Source of the DNA: Antechinus flavipes
Taxonomy: Eukaryota
Length of the DNA: 64,000 bases
NCBI RefSeq assembly: GCF_016432865.1
Contig: NC_067400.1
Span: forward strand, 624,588,001 to 624,652,000
Reading direction: 5' to 3'
A program made the translations under genes and the position numbers. The notes below the pieces were generated by a model. The model was not told the DNA's origin, searched no databases, and worked only from the letters and a program-made list of their open reading frames with translations. This document shows positions 11,889 to 25,868 of this stretch, piece by piece. Numbering within the stretch: position 1 is the first letter of the stretch; every line of letters begins with the position of its first letter.

Positions 11889-13203
11889 TCTGCATTAGTC
11901 ACGTCGAGAAAGAATCAGAACAAGAGGGAAAAACCACCAGGAAGTAAAAACAACAAAAAAGTAAAACTGGAACGCTTCGATCCGCGTTGGCACTCCCCAG
12001 CTCTCTCTCCCGGAAGTGGATAGCACTTTTCTTTATGTCTTAGACCATTATAAGCTGAGAAGAACTAATCACACAATGGTGCTGTGACTGGATCACATGT
12101 TGCCATTCAGTCATTTCCGTCACGTCCGACTCTCAGCGTCCCCATTGGAGGTCTTCTGATGGCAAAACCATCACAGTTTGCCTTTCCTTTTCTGACTCGT
12201 TTTACACATGAGGAAACTGATGCAAACAGGGTGACGTGACCTGCTCAGGATCTCGCAGTTAGTGCATCTGAAACCACGAAGACGAGTCTTTCTGACTTCA
12301 CATCTGCTGTGCCATCACCTGGCTTCCCTTAATTTATTATATATATATATATATGCCTTTAGCTGTCTTTCAGGACCCTTGGATATGGCAAGGAAGATTT
12401 TTTCCAGCAACATGTCTTATGACAAGCTGAACTTACAAAAAGGTTTTGAGGGAAGAGATGTCTTTACCTTTTCTCTGAATCATTGAATCAAAGGAAATTG
12501 GGGAACCCCATGAGGGAAACCAGTTCCTGCCTAGTTTCTGATTCCTCTAGACTGGAAGACCAAGACCCTCTTGGGTTCATCTCAGGTTTCCTCGTTGCCA
12601 GGGGTCTCCTAGCCTGCTCCCCCCGCCACGACCCACTCACTGAGGAAGGGTCTTCCACAAAGCCCCGGCTGCTCCCCCAACGGTAACTTCTTCCTGGAGT
12701 TCCTGTTCTTTGAAGAGGTCCAGTCAACCGGCCTTAACCTCCCTTCGGACTTTTCATCTCCCTCAGGTGTTTGTCTTCCTCCATGAGGTCGGTTTTTTTG
12801 CTTGGTTTCTCCTGCTGAATCCAGGGCCTGCTTAGTAAATGCATTTGCTCATCCATTCTTCCTCCATCATCGGCCCTAGGGAGCCCCGTGGGATTCACAA
12901 CAGCCATCAGCCGTCCGTTTGAGAGCTGGGGCTTTTAAGTGGACAGAGAACTCGGGGCCAGTCAGCGGTGTGATAGGTCAGCCAGCCAGGCTCAGAGAGG
13001 CTAAATCATGGGCGAATTGTGGCCTGGGAGTCTGGTTATCAGTCAGGTGTACATAGTAAAGACAGGCCCCGAGGAGAAGGCACTGAGGTAGAGTCTTGCC
13101 TTGGCAGGGCTAAAAGGTCTTTTATTTGTCATTCTTTTCGTCTGCCTATGGGACCAAAGAGGGAACTGCGATAACAGCCCTTGGGACCTGAGAACACACG
13201 GCT

Positions 13204-13557
13204 GTTACAGAATTTGGTTCTCCACAAAAAGGTGGTCCCCATAAGGAGCTAAGTGGGAGTACAACACATGATAAATAATCTAATAAAAAACAGATTCAAT
13301 CCCTACGTGTTTTGTAATTCAAAAGTGCCTGGATCCTGGAAGATTAATCCTTGTGGAGAGAAATCGCTCATAGCTAAGATTACGAACCAAGAGAAAGTCA
13401 CATGCAGCTGAGAACAGATTTCTCCTATTTCTTTTTGAATAAAAGCACAAGACTTGTGTGATAATCTCACGAGAAGACATCAGTGACTTGGAAGAGTCAA
13501 AAGCATCATTCGGGCTTTATTCGGGGCCTTGGCCATAGTTATGACCCTAATTGTTCA
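13204..13557 (+). mobile_element. Possible short solo LTR
   Basis: TGTTAC...GTTCA termini, AATAAA at ~13438; flanks CGGC/CGCC are an imperfect 4-bp TSD. Confidence 0.3.
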
Positions 13558-13682
13558 CGCCTTGGCCACATCCATTCCCTATGTATCCGCCCTTGTGAGT
13601 GCATTGCGAGGGATGTCCATTCTCCCTACATGTGTTTGTGGGAATGCATGTCCTAATGAATGGGGGAAATGTCTACTACTAC

Positions 13683-13842
13683 TTTTTTTTTTTTGTTTTG
13701 TTTTTTGCTGAGGCAACTGGGATTAAGTGACTTGCCCAGGGTCACACAGCTGGGAAGTGTTAAGTGTCTGAGACCACATTTGAACTCAGGTCCTCTTGAC
13801 TTCAGGGAAGGTGCTCTATCCACTGCGCCACCTAGCTGCCCC
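13683..13842 (-). mobile_element. WSINE1-like marsupial SINE
   Basis: Same consensus as 11534-11683, with A-rich tail. Confidence 0.85.
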
Positions 13843-14340
13843 CTCATTTCTTTCTATGTTATTTCATTAAATGTTTTTGCTTTGAACTAATTGTGAACTT
13901 TACCCGATTAGTAAAAGTGAACATAATTTGGGGGGCTCATCAGTTATGTTTTGAGTTTGCTGGGCTAAGAGCTGGGGATACATCAATTATGTAATTTGAG
14001 TTAATATTAACTGTAATATTAAAGTGACAGTAGTTTTCCGGGGGTCCCATGAGTCAAAGGGGTGCCCTGCAGATGTAAGGAGCTGGACTCTTCCTGCTGC
14101 CCCTTAGACGTTAGTGCTCTTCCCCCAGAATATTACTTTGCAGATGCTATTATCTGCCTACACGGTAGAATTAAGCTCTTAATGACTGAGATTATTTCTT
14201 TTTGTCTTCCTATTCCCAGGACTTAGCACAATGCTTGATGTGTAATACAAGCTGAATAAATACTCATTAAACTGTATTGAATTTGTCAGAACAAACTCAG
14301 AGCATTGTAGTCAGTTTGTTCACTTGAAATATTTATTTCT

Positions 14341-15233
14341 AGAATGACAGGAAAAGAGAATGCGCAATGTTGGAGGGGATGTGGGAAAACTCGGACACCG
14401 ATGCATTGTTGGTGGAATTGTGAGCAGATCCAACCATTCTGGAGAGCAGTTTGGAACTATGCTCAAAAAGTGATCAAACTGTGCATCCCCTTTGATCCAG
14501 CAGTGTTTCTACTGGGCTTATACCCCAAAGAGATACTAAAGAAGGGAAAGGGACCTGTATGTGCCAAAATGTTTGTGGCAGCCCTGGTTGTAGTGGCTAG
14601 AAGCTGGAAAATGAATGGATGCCCATCCATTGGAGAATGGCTGAATAAATTATGGTGTATGAATGTTATGGAATATTATTGTTCTGAAAGAAATGACCAG
14701 CAGGAGGATTTCAGAAAGGCCTGGAGAGACTTACAGGAACTGATGCTGAGTGAAATGAGCAGGACCAGGAGATCATTATATACTTCAACAACAATACTAT
14801 ATGATGATCAATTCTGATGGATGTGGCTCTTCGACAATGAGATGAACCAAATCAGTTCCAATAAAGGAGTAATGAACTGAACCAGCTACACCCAGCGAAA
14901 GAACTCTGGGAGATGACTATGAACCACTACGTAGAATTCCCAATCCCTCTATTTTTGTCCTCCTGCATTTTTGATTTCCTTCACAGGCTAATTGGACACT
15001 ATTTCAGAATCTGACTCTTTTTTTACAGCAAAATGACCGTTAGGACATGTATACTTATTTTGTATTTAACATATACTTTAATATATTTAACATGTATTGG
15101 TCAACCTGCCATCTGGGGGAGGGGGAAGAGGGAAGGAGGGGAAAAATTGGAACAAAAGGTTTTGCAATTGTCAATGCTGAAAAATTACCCATGCATATAT
15201 CATAAATAAAAAGCTATAATAATAATAAAAAAA
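14341..15233 (+). mobile_element. 5'-truncated L1 (ORF2 C-terminus, 3' UTR, poly-A) with 15-bp TSD
   Basis: ORF 14344-14817 reads CWRGCGKTRTPMHCWW...LGLYPKE...CPSIGEWLNKLW, the L1 ORF2 C-terminal domain. TSD GAAATATTTATTTCT at 14326-14340 and 15234-15248. Confidence 0.95.
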
Positions 15234-17729
15234 GAAATATTTATTTCTTTTGTTGATATGTAAAGAGCTGTGGACACTGTTCAGATCTGGATACCATGTT
15301 TTAGGGAGGACATCGAGACCTCGTGACGATAGAGCTGGGGATGTTTAGCCAGGAGAACGGAGGATCTTGAGGGCCCACAGGAGGACTTGTGAAATCGGAA
15401 AATGGCTTGTTTGTCTGATCCCAGAAGCCAGTTCTAGAAGCCATAAGTACGAGTCGTAAAGGGCTCGCTTGCAGCCTCCTCACTATGGGAGATGCCTCTG
15501 GAGGGAGCCGCTTCCCCATCACTGGAGCTCTAAAGGACCACTTGGTGAATAGGAGATGGCCACCGACGCCTGGCTTCCAGGTTTGAAATCCCGGCTTCTG
15601 TGATTGTCAGGTTGAATAAAAGCAAGAAGATGGAGCTGGACATGGCATTGGCCCCCAGTGCTTGTGGGGTCCAAGAAAAGCTTTCCTTTAGTTTATAGAA
15701 ATATGGCAGGCCATTGGATTAACAGTCCAGTGAGAGGATGAATTACCAGCTGGTGATCTATCTGAGCCAGCAATCAATAAACACTGCTTAAACACCTACT
15801 GCATACCAGGCACTCTGCGAAGTGCTGGGAATTTCATAACGGGGCTAAAAAAAGGTTCCTGCCCTCAAGAAGCTTCCAATCTAATGGGTAACCTGATTGC
15901 TGCAGCAATATTAGAGCACCATTCTTGGGGTGGGTAGGACCCCAATCTGGGGAGTTCTCATGGTAAAATCTTCTTTCACCTTCAGGGCAAGCATTTGGTA
16001 GGAATTTTTTACTCCTTCTCCGAGAAATGAGCCATTAAGATAATCTTCCCCCCTGATTCTGTAATTAAGGTTCACCCAGGACGTAACCTCCAAGGTTAGA
16101 AAGAGCAGTTTTCAGGATTGCTAGTCTCTGATTTGGGTTTAGAAAACAACGTGTCCATCTTGGAGTCACCGTTCCATCCTCAGAACCAAAAAAGCACAGG
16201 ATTAATATCCCTGTGACCTAAAATTCAGGCTTTAATTAATGCAGAGAAGAGTCCTTCTTGGGCAGATCTTAGCAAGGGGAGCTTGCTAACAGAATATTGT
16301 TTCAGAACTGAGAGTTAAAAGACAGACCAATAAGCTACTTTTGAGGTTTCACCATCAAGGGCACAAGTTTGTCATTTTTACATCTACTTAAAGGCTCAGA
16401 GACTCCTGCTAGTCTTACAGAGGGGAGGAGAAGAGCAGAGCAGATCCTGGATCTCTCCCTTTCAAAGTTCCCTGGAGCAACAGTTCTTCCTCAGTCACCA
16501 ACAAGGGGGCCATTTTATCAAAACAAAGTAAAAGGCCAACAGAGCTAGTTCTGTGGGGACTCAGTTTCCACTATATACATTAAATCTATATCCCCAAATT
16601 GCCTATACACCTAAAGTAGTTACATATGATGTGATTTTGAAGAAAAAAATTATGTACTCAGCAGCCAAGCCTGACAGAAATCGTTTGTTGACTGGGGATC
16701 ATTCTCAATTCAAGCATTTTTCTACTTAGAGAAATGTCCAAATTGAAAAAAGTCCCTTCATGATCTTGGGCATCTTTCTCACAATTCATTCTGATGTCAC
16801 CCTTTATAGGATTCACGAACAAGAAATATTTCACAGTCAAGACTGAGGAAAAGGTCCAAAATTTAGGTAACAATTCAGTTAAGAACTGGTATAATTAAAC
16901 AGAACAAAAGTCACAACTTCTTTCTCCTGCATCCTAGAGAAACATTTTCCTGAAACGATTCAGTCCTTTGAATAATATCTCAAGATTTCTTCTTCCCATT
17001 TGGTCCAAAGTGAAGAAAAGAGATATTTCCTATTAACTGAAATAAAGAAGTTTCTTTTTATTTTTAAATGGATCATTATCATCATCCCTTCAGGGCATGG
17101 GGAAAGTGGGTTTCTCACTTTCTAGATTTACCAATCAAGGCCTCCCTAGGCTAGTTTCATTACCGAACTAATTATTTCAGGGAAAAGTCCTTCCTGGGAT
17201 GATTCTTCCCAAGGAAAGCAGAACACTGTTTCAGAATTGATAGTTAAAGAAAGATCAATAAGATCTTTCTTTGAAATTGGCCCCAAGGTTTTAAATTATA
17301 ATTTTTTTTTTGACTGAGAAGCTCTTTTCTTTAAAAAAATTTCCCCAGTTACATGTAAAAACATTTTTGTTATACGTGTACATTCATAGTTTTAGGTTTC
17401 GCTATGAATCATGTTGAGAGAGAAAACTCAGAACAAAAGGGAAAAACCACAAGAGAAAGAAAAAAAAAAAAAAAACCAGAAGAAAAAGAAAAAAATTGGA
17501 CATAGCATGGGTTGATTTACATCAGTCTCCATGGTTCTCTCTCTGGATGTAGGTGGTGATTTCCATCCAACGTTTGCCTTGGGTCACTGAAGCGCTGAGA
17601 GGAACCAAGTCTGTTGTAGCTGACCATCCCACAATCTTGCTATTGCTGTGTATGACATCTTTCCGGTTCTACTTGTTTCACTCAGCATCACAAACTACAG
17701 TCAGTTAAAAATATGTTCTTCATATTTCT

Positions 17730-18187
17730 TTTTTTTTTAATTTTATTTACAAGTTATATGCATGGGTAATTTTACAGCATTGACAATTGCCAAACCTTTT
17801 GTTCCAATTTTCCCCTCCCCCCACCCTCTCCCCAATACATGTTAAATATATTAGAGTATAAATTAAATACAAATAAGTATACATATCCAAACTATTATTT
17901 TGCTGTACAAAAAGAATTGGACTCCGAAATATGGTACTATTAGCCTGTGAAGGAAATCAAAAATGAAGGCCGGCAAAAATAGAGGGATTGGGAATTCTCT
18001 GTAGTGGTTCATAGTCATCTCCCAAAGTTCTTTTGCTGAGCGTAGCTGGTTCAGTTCATTGCTGCTCTATTGGAACTGATTTACTTCATCTCATTGTTGA
18101 AGAGGGCCAGTTCATCAGAAGCGATCATCATATAGTACTGTTGTTGAAGTATAGAATGATCTCCTGGTCCTGCTCATTTCACTCTGC
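17730..18187 (-). mobile_element. 5'-truncated L1 on minus strand with 17-bp TSD
   Basis: T-tract at 17730; minus strand ends ...SEMSRTRRS.YTSTTVLYDDRF. TSD ATGTTCTTCATATTTCT at 17713-17729 and 18188-18204. Confidence 0.93.
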
Positions 18188-19949
18188 ATGTTCTTCATAT
18201 TTCTAAAAGCAGGAGAGGACCACAGAGTCAGGAAGGAAGCAAGCGCTGATGAAGCACCCACACTAGGTGCTAGGCATTGGGCATTTAGGAGCCTCCCAAC
18301 TCTAAGCCTAAAATGCTTTGGGATCAGAGGGACCCTATGGAAGGAGGTGAATAAGTGAGTCTTGGAGGAAGTAAAGGATTCTGTGAGAGGGAAGTGGGGA
18401 GGAAAACCATCCCAGGAATGGATGGGGATGCAGGACAGAGGCATCGAGGTGGGAGACAGAGCATCGTAGGGTGGGCAGGAAGCCTGGAAAGATGGGGCCA
18501 GCTGTTCACTTAACAAGCACTTATGAAGTGCTGACTACGAGAACGCACTGTGCTGGGCTAAGAGCTGGGGATACAAACAACGGCAAGAAGCGTTCTCGGG
18601 GGGCTTACTCTCTAACGGGCAAGGCTGTGCAAAAGAACTGGGCAGAAGTAAGATACCTGCAGAACACTGGGTTGGGAATGGCTTTGAAAGCTAAGGAAGT
18701 AGCTGTCGCTTTCTAGATGCAATGGGGAGTTGCTGGGGACTCAGTGAATAACAACGTAGACCTGAAGTCAAGGAAAATGACTTGGGCAGCGATATGGTGA
18801 ATGAGTTGGAATGAGGAGGAACCTAAAGTCGGTTGAAGGACCCATTGATTGCAGGACTTCCAAACTGAAGCAGGGGTTTTAAAGAAGGGGACAGATGCTA
18901 GATGTGATGCGGGTAGAAAAGGTAAGATGCTGATGCTGTGCTTACAAACATGGCAGATCGGAAGGACTGTGATACTTTCAGTATCACAGTTTGGGGGATT
19001 GTGGTTCTTCTTGCCTCCCTCTGCAGCAGAACATACCGAGTCTCCCCAGGTTTCTCTAAAACTCTTCCCCTTAATCATTTTTTATAACACAATAGCATTC
19101 TATCCCAAACACAATAGAAGAGAGACATAGGGTGGAAAAATCTTTAATATGATCGTTCACAATGTTCACCCATACCAGATTCACTTGCTGTCTTGGGAAG
19201 GGGACAGGGAAGGAGAAAAATTTGGAACTCAAAATCTGAAAAAACGAATGTTGAAATGAGCATTTTGACACGGAGGAGACAGAGAGTAGTGATCATTGGT
19301 AAGCTGGCGAACTTTGGCCAGCCAGGAGTACAGAGAGAAACACAAAGCACAAGCTGGTCTCAAGGAGCTCATGGGAGCACAACATGCAAATAATTATGTT
19401 ATAAACAAGCTCTAAACGGGTTAAACTGGAGATAATCCACTGGATTAAATGGTAATCCATCCCAAAGGAAGAAAGGCTGATGAGTTATGAAGCCGAGAGT
19501 CTCGCAAAGTGACACCTGGAGAAGGGGAGAACTTCTCTAGGACTGACATGTTGTGGGCTATGAGAAAAAGTATAGCCAGTGTGCTTGAGAAAAGGGCTAA
19601 GGAACCAGCCATGTGGGAAGGACCAGACCTTTGTGAGTCTGAATAGATGGAAAGAGCACAAAAAAAGATCTGAAATGAAGGTAACTGTTAACTGTAGAAC
19701 AGAAGTTCTGGAGGGCCCGGTGAGAGGGGCTGTAGTGGGACTTGGGAGAGACGGAGTGATGGAGAAGAGGAAGTGGGGAAGTCGGGTCGGGACTTGCCGT
19801 GGCTTACACTAAGTAGCTTACGATTAATCATGGATGGGTTTGGGAGGAAGAGGTGGGGTGAGTCTGTTAGTCACTGGGTTTGATTTAGGGCATAGGGCAT
19901 CGTGACCCCCATGGCCTTAGCTCTGTCCTCAGGTCGGGAAAGGAAGGAC

Positions 19950-21170
19950 TACCGATCTTCAGGCTTACCTTCCTGGGGTGAAATCCCACCCTGGGAGATG
20001 ATGGCCACTCATATGAATGTAACTCCTCCTCCCTGGAGCACCCTCATCATCTCAGTGATTCTGAATCCCCAGCAGACCTTGTTTAAATTACACTCTCTGT
20101 CTTTTCCTTCTTCTGCCCCCCTCACATAGACCCCTTTCACCCTGCACATCCAGCTCAAGATCTGCTCCTTCCCCTGTGCTCTTGGAAATCTGTTCCACAG
20201 ACTAACACCTTTCATTCACCTTTTTCTTGCTCACTTTTTTCATCTTGTACTTCCTGGAACCTGACTTCCTCCTGGTGCCGTAGTTTCCCTGGCCCCCCTT
20301 TCCAAAGCTGGGTGCATTCATTCACCCATTCAGTCACGGTGGATGAGCTGGAATTCTCCTATTCCCCACCAGGTCCCTTCCAGGATCTCCTCCTGCCTCC
20401 AGCTCTCCTCCTTTGAGGGTCAATTAAACAGTATTTGTCACCCAATTAAGATTCTGATGGTTGTTTTTGAACTCCAAGACACTTTTGTTCCTTCCTCAAC
20501 AACTCAGTGCCTTTTTCTCTTCCCTAATTCTTGCCCTTATACTAGGGAACTTCCACTTCCCCAACTTGCTCATTTTCTATGACCTCCACCTCATCTCATC
20601 CAAACTTCTGATCTTGCCTTCATCCACAAATGCCCTACTTCTGTGTTTAGGACTTGGAGATTCTCTTATCCAGTCATCATGCATTTTCATTCTACCTCTC
20701 CCTTTTCCTGACAACTGATTATCCTGCACCACATCTGCAATCCCTTACTTCTTTACCAGATTGCCATCTCATACACTGGCTCCCCTTTCCTTTTCTCCCC
20801 ATCTTGGTGAACCCCGGGTGAGATAGCTCAACTCTTCTCTTGGATCCCTTGCCCTTTTAGCTTATCAGTGATCTTGCCTCAGACGTAGATTACTCACCAT
20901 CTGATGCCTTTAAAACTTCTATTTCTGTACTGAATGAAACTGAAGAAAATCATGGAACTGTGACCCCTGGGTCCATTATAAATTGGTTATGGGATTTCAA
21001 CTGGGTCTTCACTACATCAAAGCAATCCTTTGCATCTTCTTAATCCATTACTTAATCCTACTCCCATAGCCCTTTCCCCAAACTTTTTCATTCTTCCTTA
21101 AATTTCTCATGAATTCCCTCCATCTTAGCTGAGAATCTTCCTTCATATTTCATTGAAAAAAATTGAGGTC
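19950..21170 (+). mobile_element. L2 LINE relic (endonuclease-side region)
   Basis: Pyrimidine-rich degenerate sequence with L2-like motif ttctgatcttgccttcatccac; boundaries approximate. Confidence 0.5.
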
Positions 21171-21189
21171 ATTCTCTAAGAGTTTCTTT

Positions 21190-22690
21190 AAAAATTTTTT
21201 TTAAATTTAATTTTAGACTAACTCTCTCACTTTTCTTTCCACCTTACCTCTCCCCCCCCCCCCCCCCCACAATTAAGAAAGCAAGAAAACGAATAAACAA
21301 AAAATCTCATTATAAACATGTATAGTTAAGGAAAACAAATTTCTGCTTTGGCTATATAAAAAAAAAAAAAATGCCTCATTCTGCACTCCGAGCCTACCGA
21401 CCTCAATCAGAAGGTGGACAATATCTTCTATTAGGAGTCCTCTGGAATTATAGTCGGTCAATTTGTTAACTGGAGTTCCCATGTCTTTCAAAGCCGCTGG
21501 TCTTTAGACTATTGTTATTGTAGAAATTGTTCTTTTGGTTCTTCTTACTTCCCGCTGCATCAGTTCATAGCAAGACTTGCCAGGTTTCTCTAAAACCCTT
21601 CCCCTTAATCATTTTTTACAACACAATAGTATTCCATCAAAATCACAAACTTGTTCAGCCATCCCCCAAATTGATCGGCAGCCCTTCATTTTCCAATTCT
21701 TTGCCACCACAAAAAGAGCTGCTACAAATATTTTCGTACTTATGGATCCTTTTCCTATGCCTTTTAATCTCTGGGGAATAGATATCACAGTGATAATATT
21801 GCTAGATGTGCCCAGTTTGGTAATTTTCTGAAAGAAGTTCCAAATTGCTTTCTAGAGTGAGTTGGACCAGTTCCCAACTCCGCCAAGAGAGCATTGATGT
21901 GCTTAAATTTCCGTAGCTCTGCCAGTATTTGTTATTTTCCCTTTTTTGTGATCTTAGGCAATCTGATAGATATCTGGTGGCATCTCGGGATTGTTTTAAT
22001 TTGCCCTTCTCTAATCATTAGTGATTTAGAGCCTTTTCCCACATGGTTATAGATAGTTGTTCATGTCTTTTGATTATTTGCCCTTGGGGAAGGATTCTTA
22101 TTCTTATAAATTAGAATCAATTTTCTATATAACTTAGAAATGAGATCTTTATTGAGAAACTTATTGCAAAGATCTCCCCTTATGTTTCTATTTTACTTTT
22201 AATTTTAGCTGCATCGGCTTTATTTGTACATGAACTCTTTATGTAATCAGAATGATCTCTTTTGCCTTCTGTGATCCTTTCTATCTCTTGCTTGATCGGG
22301 AAGTCTTCCTCTCTTCATAGATATGACAGGTAATTTTTTCCTTGTTCTGCTTTGTGTATGATGTCTCCTTTCATTTCTAAATCATTTCCTCATTTGGTGT
22401 TTATGTTCGCATACAGGATAAGATATTGGTGTATACCTAGTTTCTGTCAGACTGCTTTCCAGTTTTTCCATTGGTTTTGGCTGAATAGTAAGTTCCTGCC
22501 CCAGCAGCTGAGATCTTTGGGTCTAGCAAACACTAGATTACTGCACTTATTTGCATCTGTATAGTGGGTAGCTTATCTGTTCTGTTGATATACTTCTTGG
22601 TTTCTCAATTAGCAACCATTTTTAAAAAGTGATTTCAGTAATGTAATGCAGTTTGAGAACTAATATTGCTAGGTTCTCTTCCTTCCTATT
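21190..22690 (-). mobile_element. Old degraded L1 fragment (ORF2 3' part and UTR)
   Basis: T-rich antisense L1-like text such as ctgtcagactgctttccagt...aaacactagatta; no intact ORF; boundaries approximate. Confidence 0.6.
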
Positions 22691-22960
22691 TTTTCCTTCG
22701 GAACAATGAGTCAGTCAATAAACATTTATTATGCACCTGCTATGTGCACTTGGCTAAGTGCAGAGTGATAAGGTTCTGAATGGTGGATATATTGGGCAGA
22801 GAAGGGAGAAAATCAATCCCTGAGGCAAGTAGGGAGAGGGTACCCTATGGTCCCACCTTCTGGGGAGGTCGTCCAGTCAGAAATCCGGCCACATCAAACC
22901 TCTGAGAGCCACCCTCTGTAAGGGTCTTGAGCAGCCTCCCCTTGCTGTGTCCTGTGAGAT

Positions 22961-23262
22961 ATCTGTTATGAAAGTGGATTACAACATAGTATTTGCATTT
23001 TTTTTTTTTTTTTGCTGTTTGCTCGCTTTTTTCTCATTTTTTTTTCCTTTTTGATCTGATATTTCTTGTTCAACCTGATAAATGTGGAAATATGTATAGA
23101 AGAACTGCACATGTTTAACCTATATTGGATTGCTTGCTGTTTAATAGAGGGGGTGGGGAGAAGGGAGGGAGAAAAAATTGGGACTCAAGGTTTTGCAAAG
23201 GTGAATGCTGAACACTCTTTGCATGTATTTTGAAAATAAAAGGCTATTATTAAAAAAAAAAA
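22961..23262 (+). mobile_element. Older L1 3' end interrupting an LTR-like repeat
   Basis: Same 3' UTR type as 1-260, with AATAAA and A-tail. Its flanks rejoin into a sequence matching 30330-30380. Confidence 0.65.
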
Positions 23263-23706
23263 AAGAACTCCCAGTCATGTTCCTGAGGTTAATTTTTTCC
23301 TATAAAATCTACTTATGGCCATGCCATACTCATTGCCCTCCTTTGGCTGAGTCCCTTTCAGGGTTTAGCCTGAACCTCATGGGGTGCTCCCTTTCCACTG
23401 GGTAATGGTGAGCTCCACTGAGAAACTTGTCTTTCATATGCTCTCCCACTCCATTTCACATTTACCCTTCCTGGTGTGTGTTGTACCCCTTCATTTTGTC
23501 TGTAATCTCTTCCCTAAATAAATCTACCTTTAGCCAGAGAGAACGCCCATTGCAAATTCTTCACGTGACCGAACCCCAACTTTAGGCGGCTGCCATCTTC
23601 TAGTGTCTGCCTCAGACACTTCATGTTGGATGCTCAAAATCTTTGGCCTTCTTCTTGACAAAAGGTAAGCAATGTGCACCCCAATTTTTTTTTCTGCTCT
23701 TCCACT

Positions 23707-24290
23707 TGTTATGCCACAGTTCTCTTTAACTGTCCTGACTTAGTTTCCCTGTACAAGTTTCCCTTGTCTCAGTTTCCTTAACTGTTCTATCTCAATCTCT
23801 TTAGTTGTAAATCCCCCTCTGAAAACTAAGGATTATTCGCCCTCAGGTTATAAATTAGCAAGGTAAACGAGAGAGTAGATTCCTGACTGTTTTGTGTCCT
23901 CAAGGATTTACAATATCCCTTTAGAATATTCCAAGATAACCCATGATATCTTTACTTCTTCGTATTCAAACATCCTGTCTTCGGATTTTTTAGGGTTTTA
24001 TGGCTTCCCCTCCCTGATAGAAACTTTCCCTCCCTTTCTCTTCATTGTCTCCAAAAAGGTATTTAAGAAGTTGGGGTTCCTCCATTCATTGCTGGAGTAT
24101 GGCAGCTGTCAGTTGTATGCTGGACTCCTCCAGCCCTGGGATCAACATGAATTCCTTGGTCCCAGTATACTTATCTCTGTCTAACTGGATAATTCCAAAT
24201 GAGAGTCTTGTCCAGTCAATCTTACTCTCCCATTAATAAAATATTAAAATTCTCTAATCTCTCTCCTGCCTCAGTTTCTCCGGCATTACA
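23707..24290 (+). mobile_element. Solo LTR with 4-bp TSD (CACT)
   Basis: TGTTATG...CATTACA termini, internal AATAAA near 24235; CACT at 23703-23706 and 24291-24294. Confidence 0.85.
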
Positions 24291-24797
24291 CACTAAGTCA
24301 AGGAGTGACCAGAAACCCAGCAAACAGGTGGAACTTCAAAAGCTGCTGGCTTTCTCCTTCACTTAAATATAAGGAGGTCCTCCCTCCAATTTTAAGTCTC
24401 ATTCCTCCATGTAGTGGAGTTTTTTGGGGGAAATCCAGTATTTTTTTTCAAGGCTCAGTGATCACTTAGCAAAACTGGGGTCTGTTGATCAGACTTATTT
24501 GGGGAATGCCCTGAATTAAGTTGTTTTGCCATTTCTGGTGTGGATCCCACTTTTCTTGGAAGCTGAATCCAGGGCTGTTGGCTCCGAGAATGGGATAGGA
24601 GTGGGAGAGGCCAACAGAGTGTAGGACTGTGGTTTGGGTTTTCTAGGGGGGTTTCACTCCCCAAATATTGAAAAGGGAGAGTTATTTGCTATGAAACTTA
24701 GTAAGATAAGTAATTGCTGCTTCAAGAATTATAGGACTGACATTTAGGTTATAACTGAAAGCTTGTGGAAAAATTTAAAACTAGCTAAAACTGGTAA

Positions 24798-25337
24798 TGT
24801 TATGCCACAGTTCTCTTTAACTGTCCTGACTCAGTTTCCCTGTCTCAGTTTCCTTAACTGTTCTGTCTCTGACCCAGTAAAACTAAGGATTATTCGCTCT
24901 CGGGTTATAAATTAGCAAGATAAAAGAGTAGATCTCCTGATTCTTTTATGGATTTACAATATTCCTTTAGAATATTCCAAGATTAACCCATGATATCTTT
25001 ACTTCTTTGTCTCTGGAATTTTTAGGTTTTATGGCTTCCCCTCCCTGATACAAACTTTCCCTCCCTTTCTCTTCTTTGTCTCCAAAAAGGTATTTAAGAA
25101 GTTGGGGTTCCTCCATTCATGGCTGGAGAATGGCGTCTGGCAGCTGTATGCTGGACGCTGGATTCTTTGGGTCCTCCAGCCCTGGGACCAATATGGATTC
25201 CTTGGTCCCAGTATACTTATCTCTGTCTGACTGGATAATCTGAGACGAGAGTCCTGTCCAGTCAATCTTACTCTCCCATTAATAAAATATTAAAAACTCT
25301 CTAATCTCTCTCCTGCCTCAGTTTCTCCGGCATTACA
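24798..25337 (+). mobile_element. Second solo LTR of the same family with 4-bp TSD (GTAA)
   Basis: Same termini and homologous body as 23707-24290; GTAA at 24794-24797 and 25338-25341. Confidence 0.85.
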
Positions 25338-25868
25338 GTAATTACTGTGTAGGAAAGGTAGGGATGAGGTGAAAAACCTTATCTCGACTCACTTTGTACT
25401 TTAGAGCTATTCTCTTTTGCTCTCCACAGAATGGGAGGAGGAAAGGTTAACTTAAAACCATCTCTTCAGATTTCAAGATAAGTTGTGAATTTTGTGTGCT
25501 CGATTTCTTACTTATTACAATTGTATGAGAAAACACGATTAACTGGTGCGTGCTAAAATTGTGAACTTGTTTCTTCTGGCCATAAGATATTGGAAATTTG
25601 GATGCAAATATTGAAGTATTATTACTGAAAATTTAAGTCTATATTTGATTTAATTTTAAGCAAAAACTGGGTATTAAAACAAAGTTTTCTGGTAACTTAC
25701 TCAAAGATGTTATATGTTTGTATCTCGTAACAGAGATTAAGATATATATATATTTTTAGGATAATTCTCCTAATTAAATGAAATATGTTTAAAGTGTTAG
25801 GTTGTTTTCTAAATTATATATTGTACAATTTGCAAAAATTTTATGAGCTGTATTTTAAAATTCTGCCG

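Noticed and set aside
14344-14817. 157-aa ORF as a host gene
   Set aside because: It is the C-terminus of L1 ORF2 inside a 5'-truncated copy with TSD and poly-A tail.
15900-17300. AT-rich stretch with a repeated motif (~16290 and ~17220), possibly a reverse-oriented ERV internal fragment
   Set aside because: No LTR ends, TSD or ORF could be defined; too weak to call.
23707-25337. One miniature provirus (LTR - 507 bp - LTR)
   Set aside because: Each LTR has its own different 4-bp TSD, and the outer flanks (CACT, GTAA) do not match each other.
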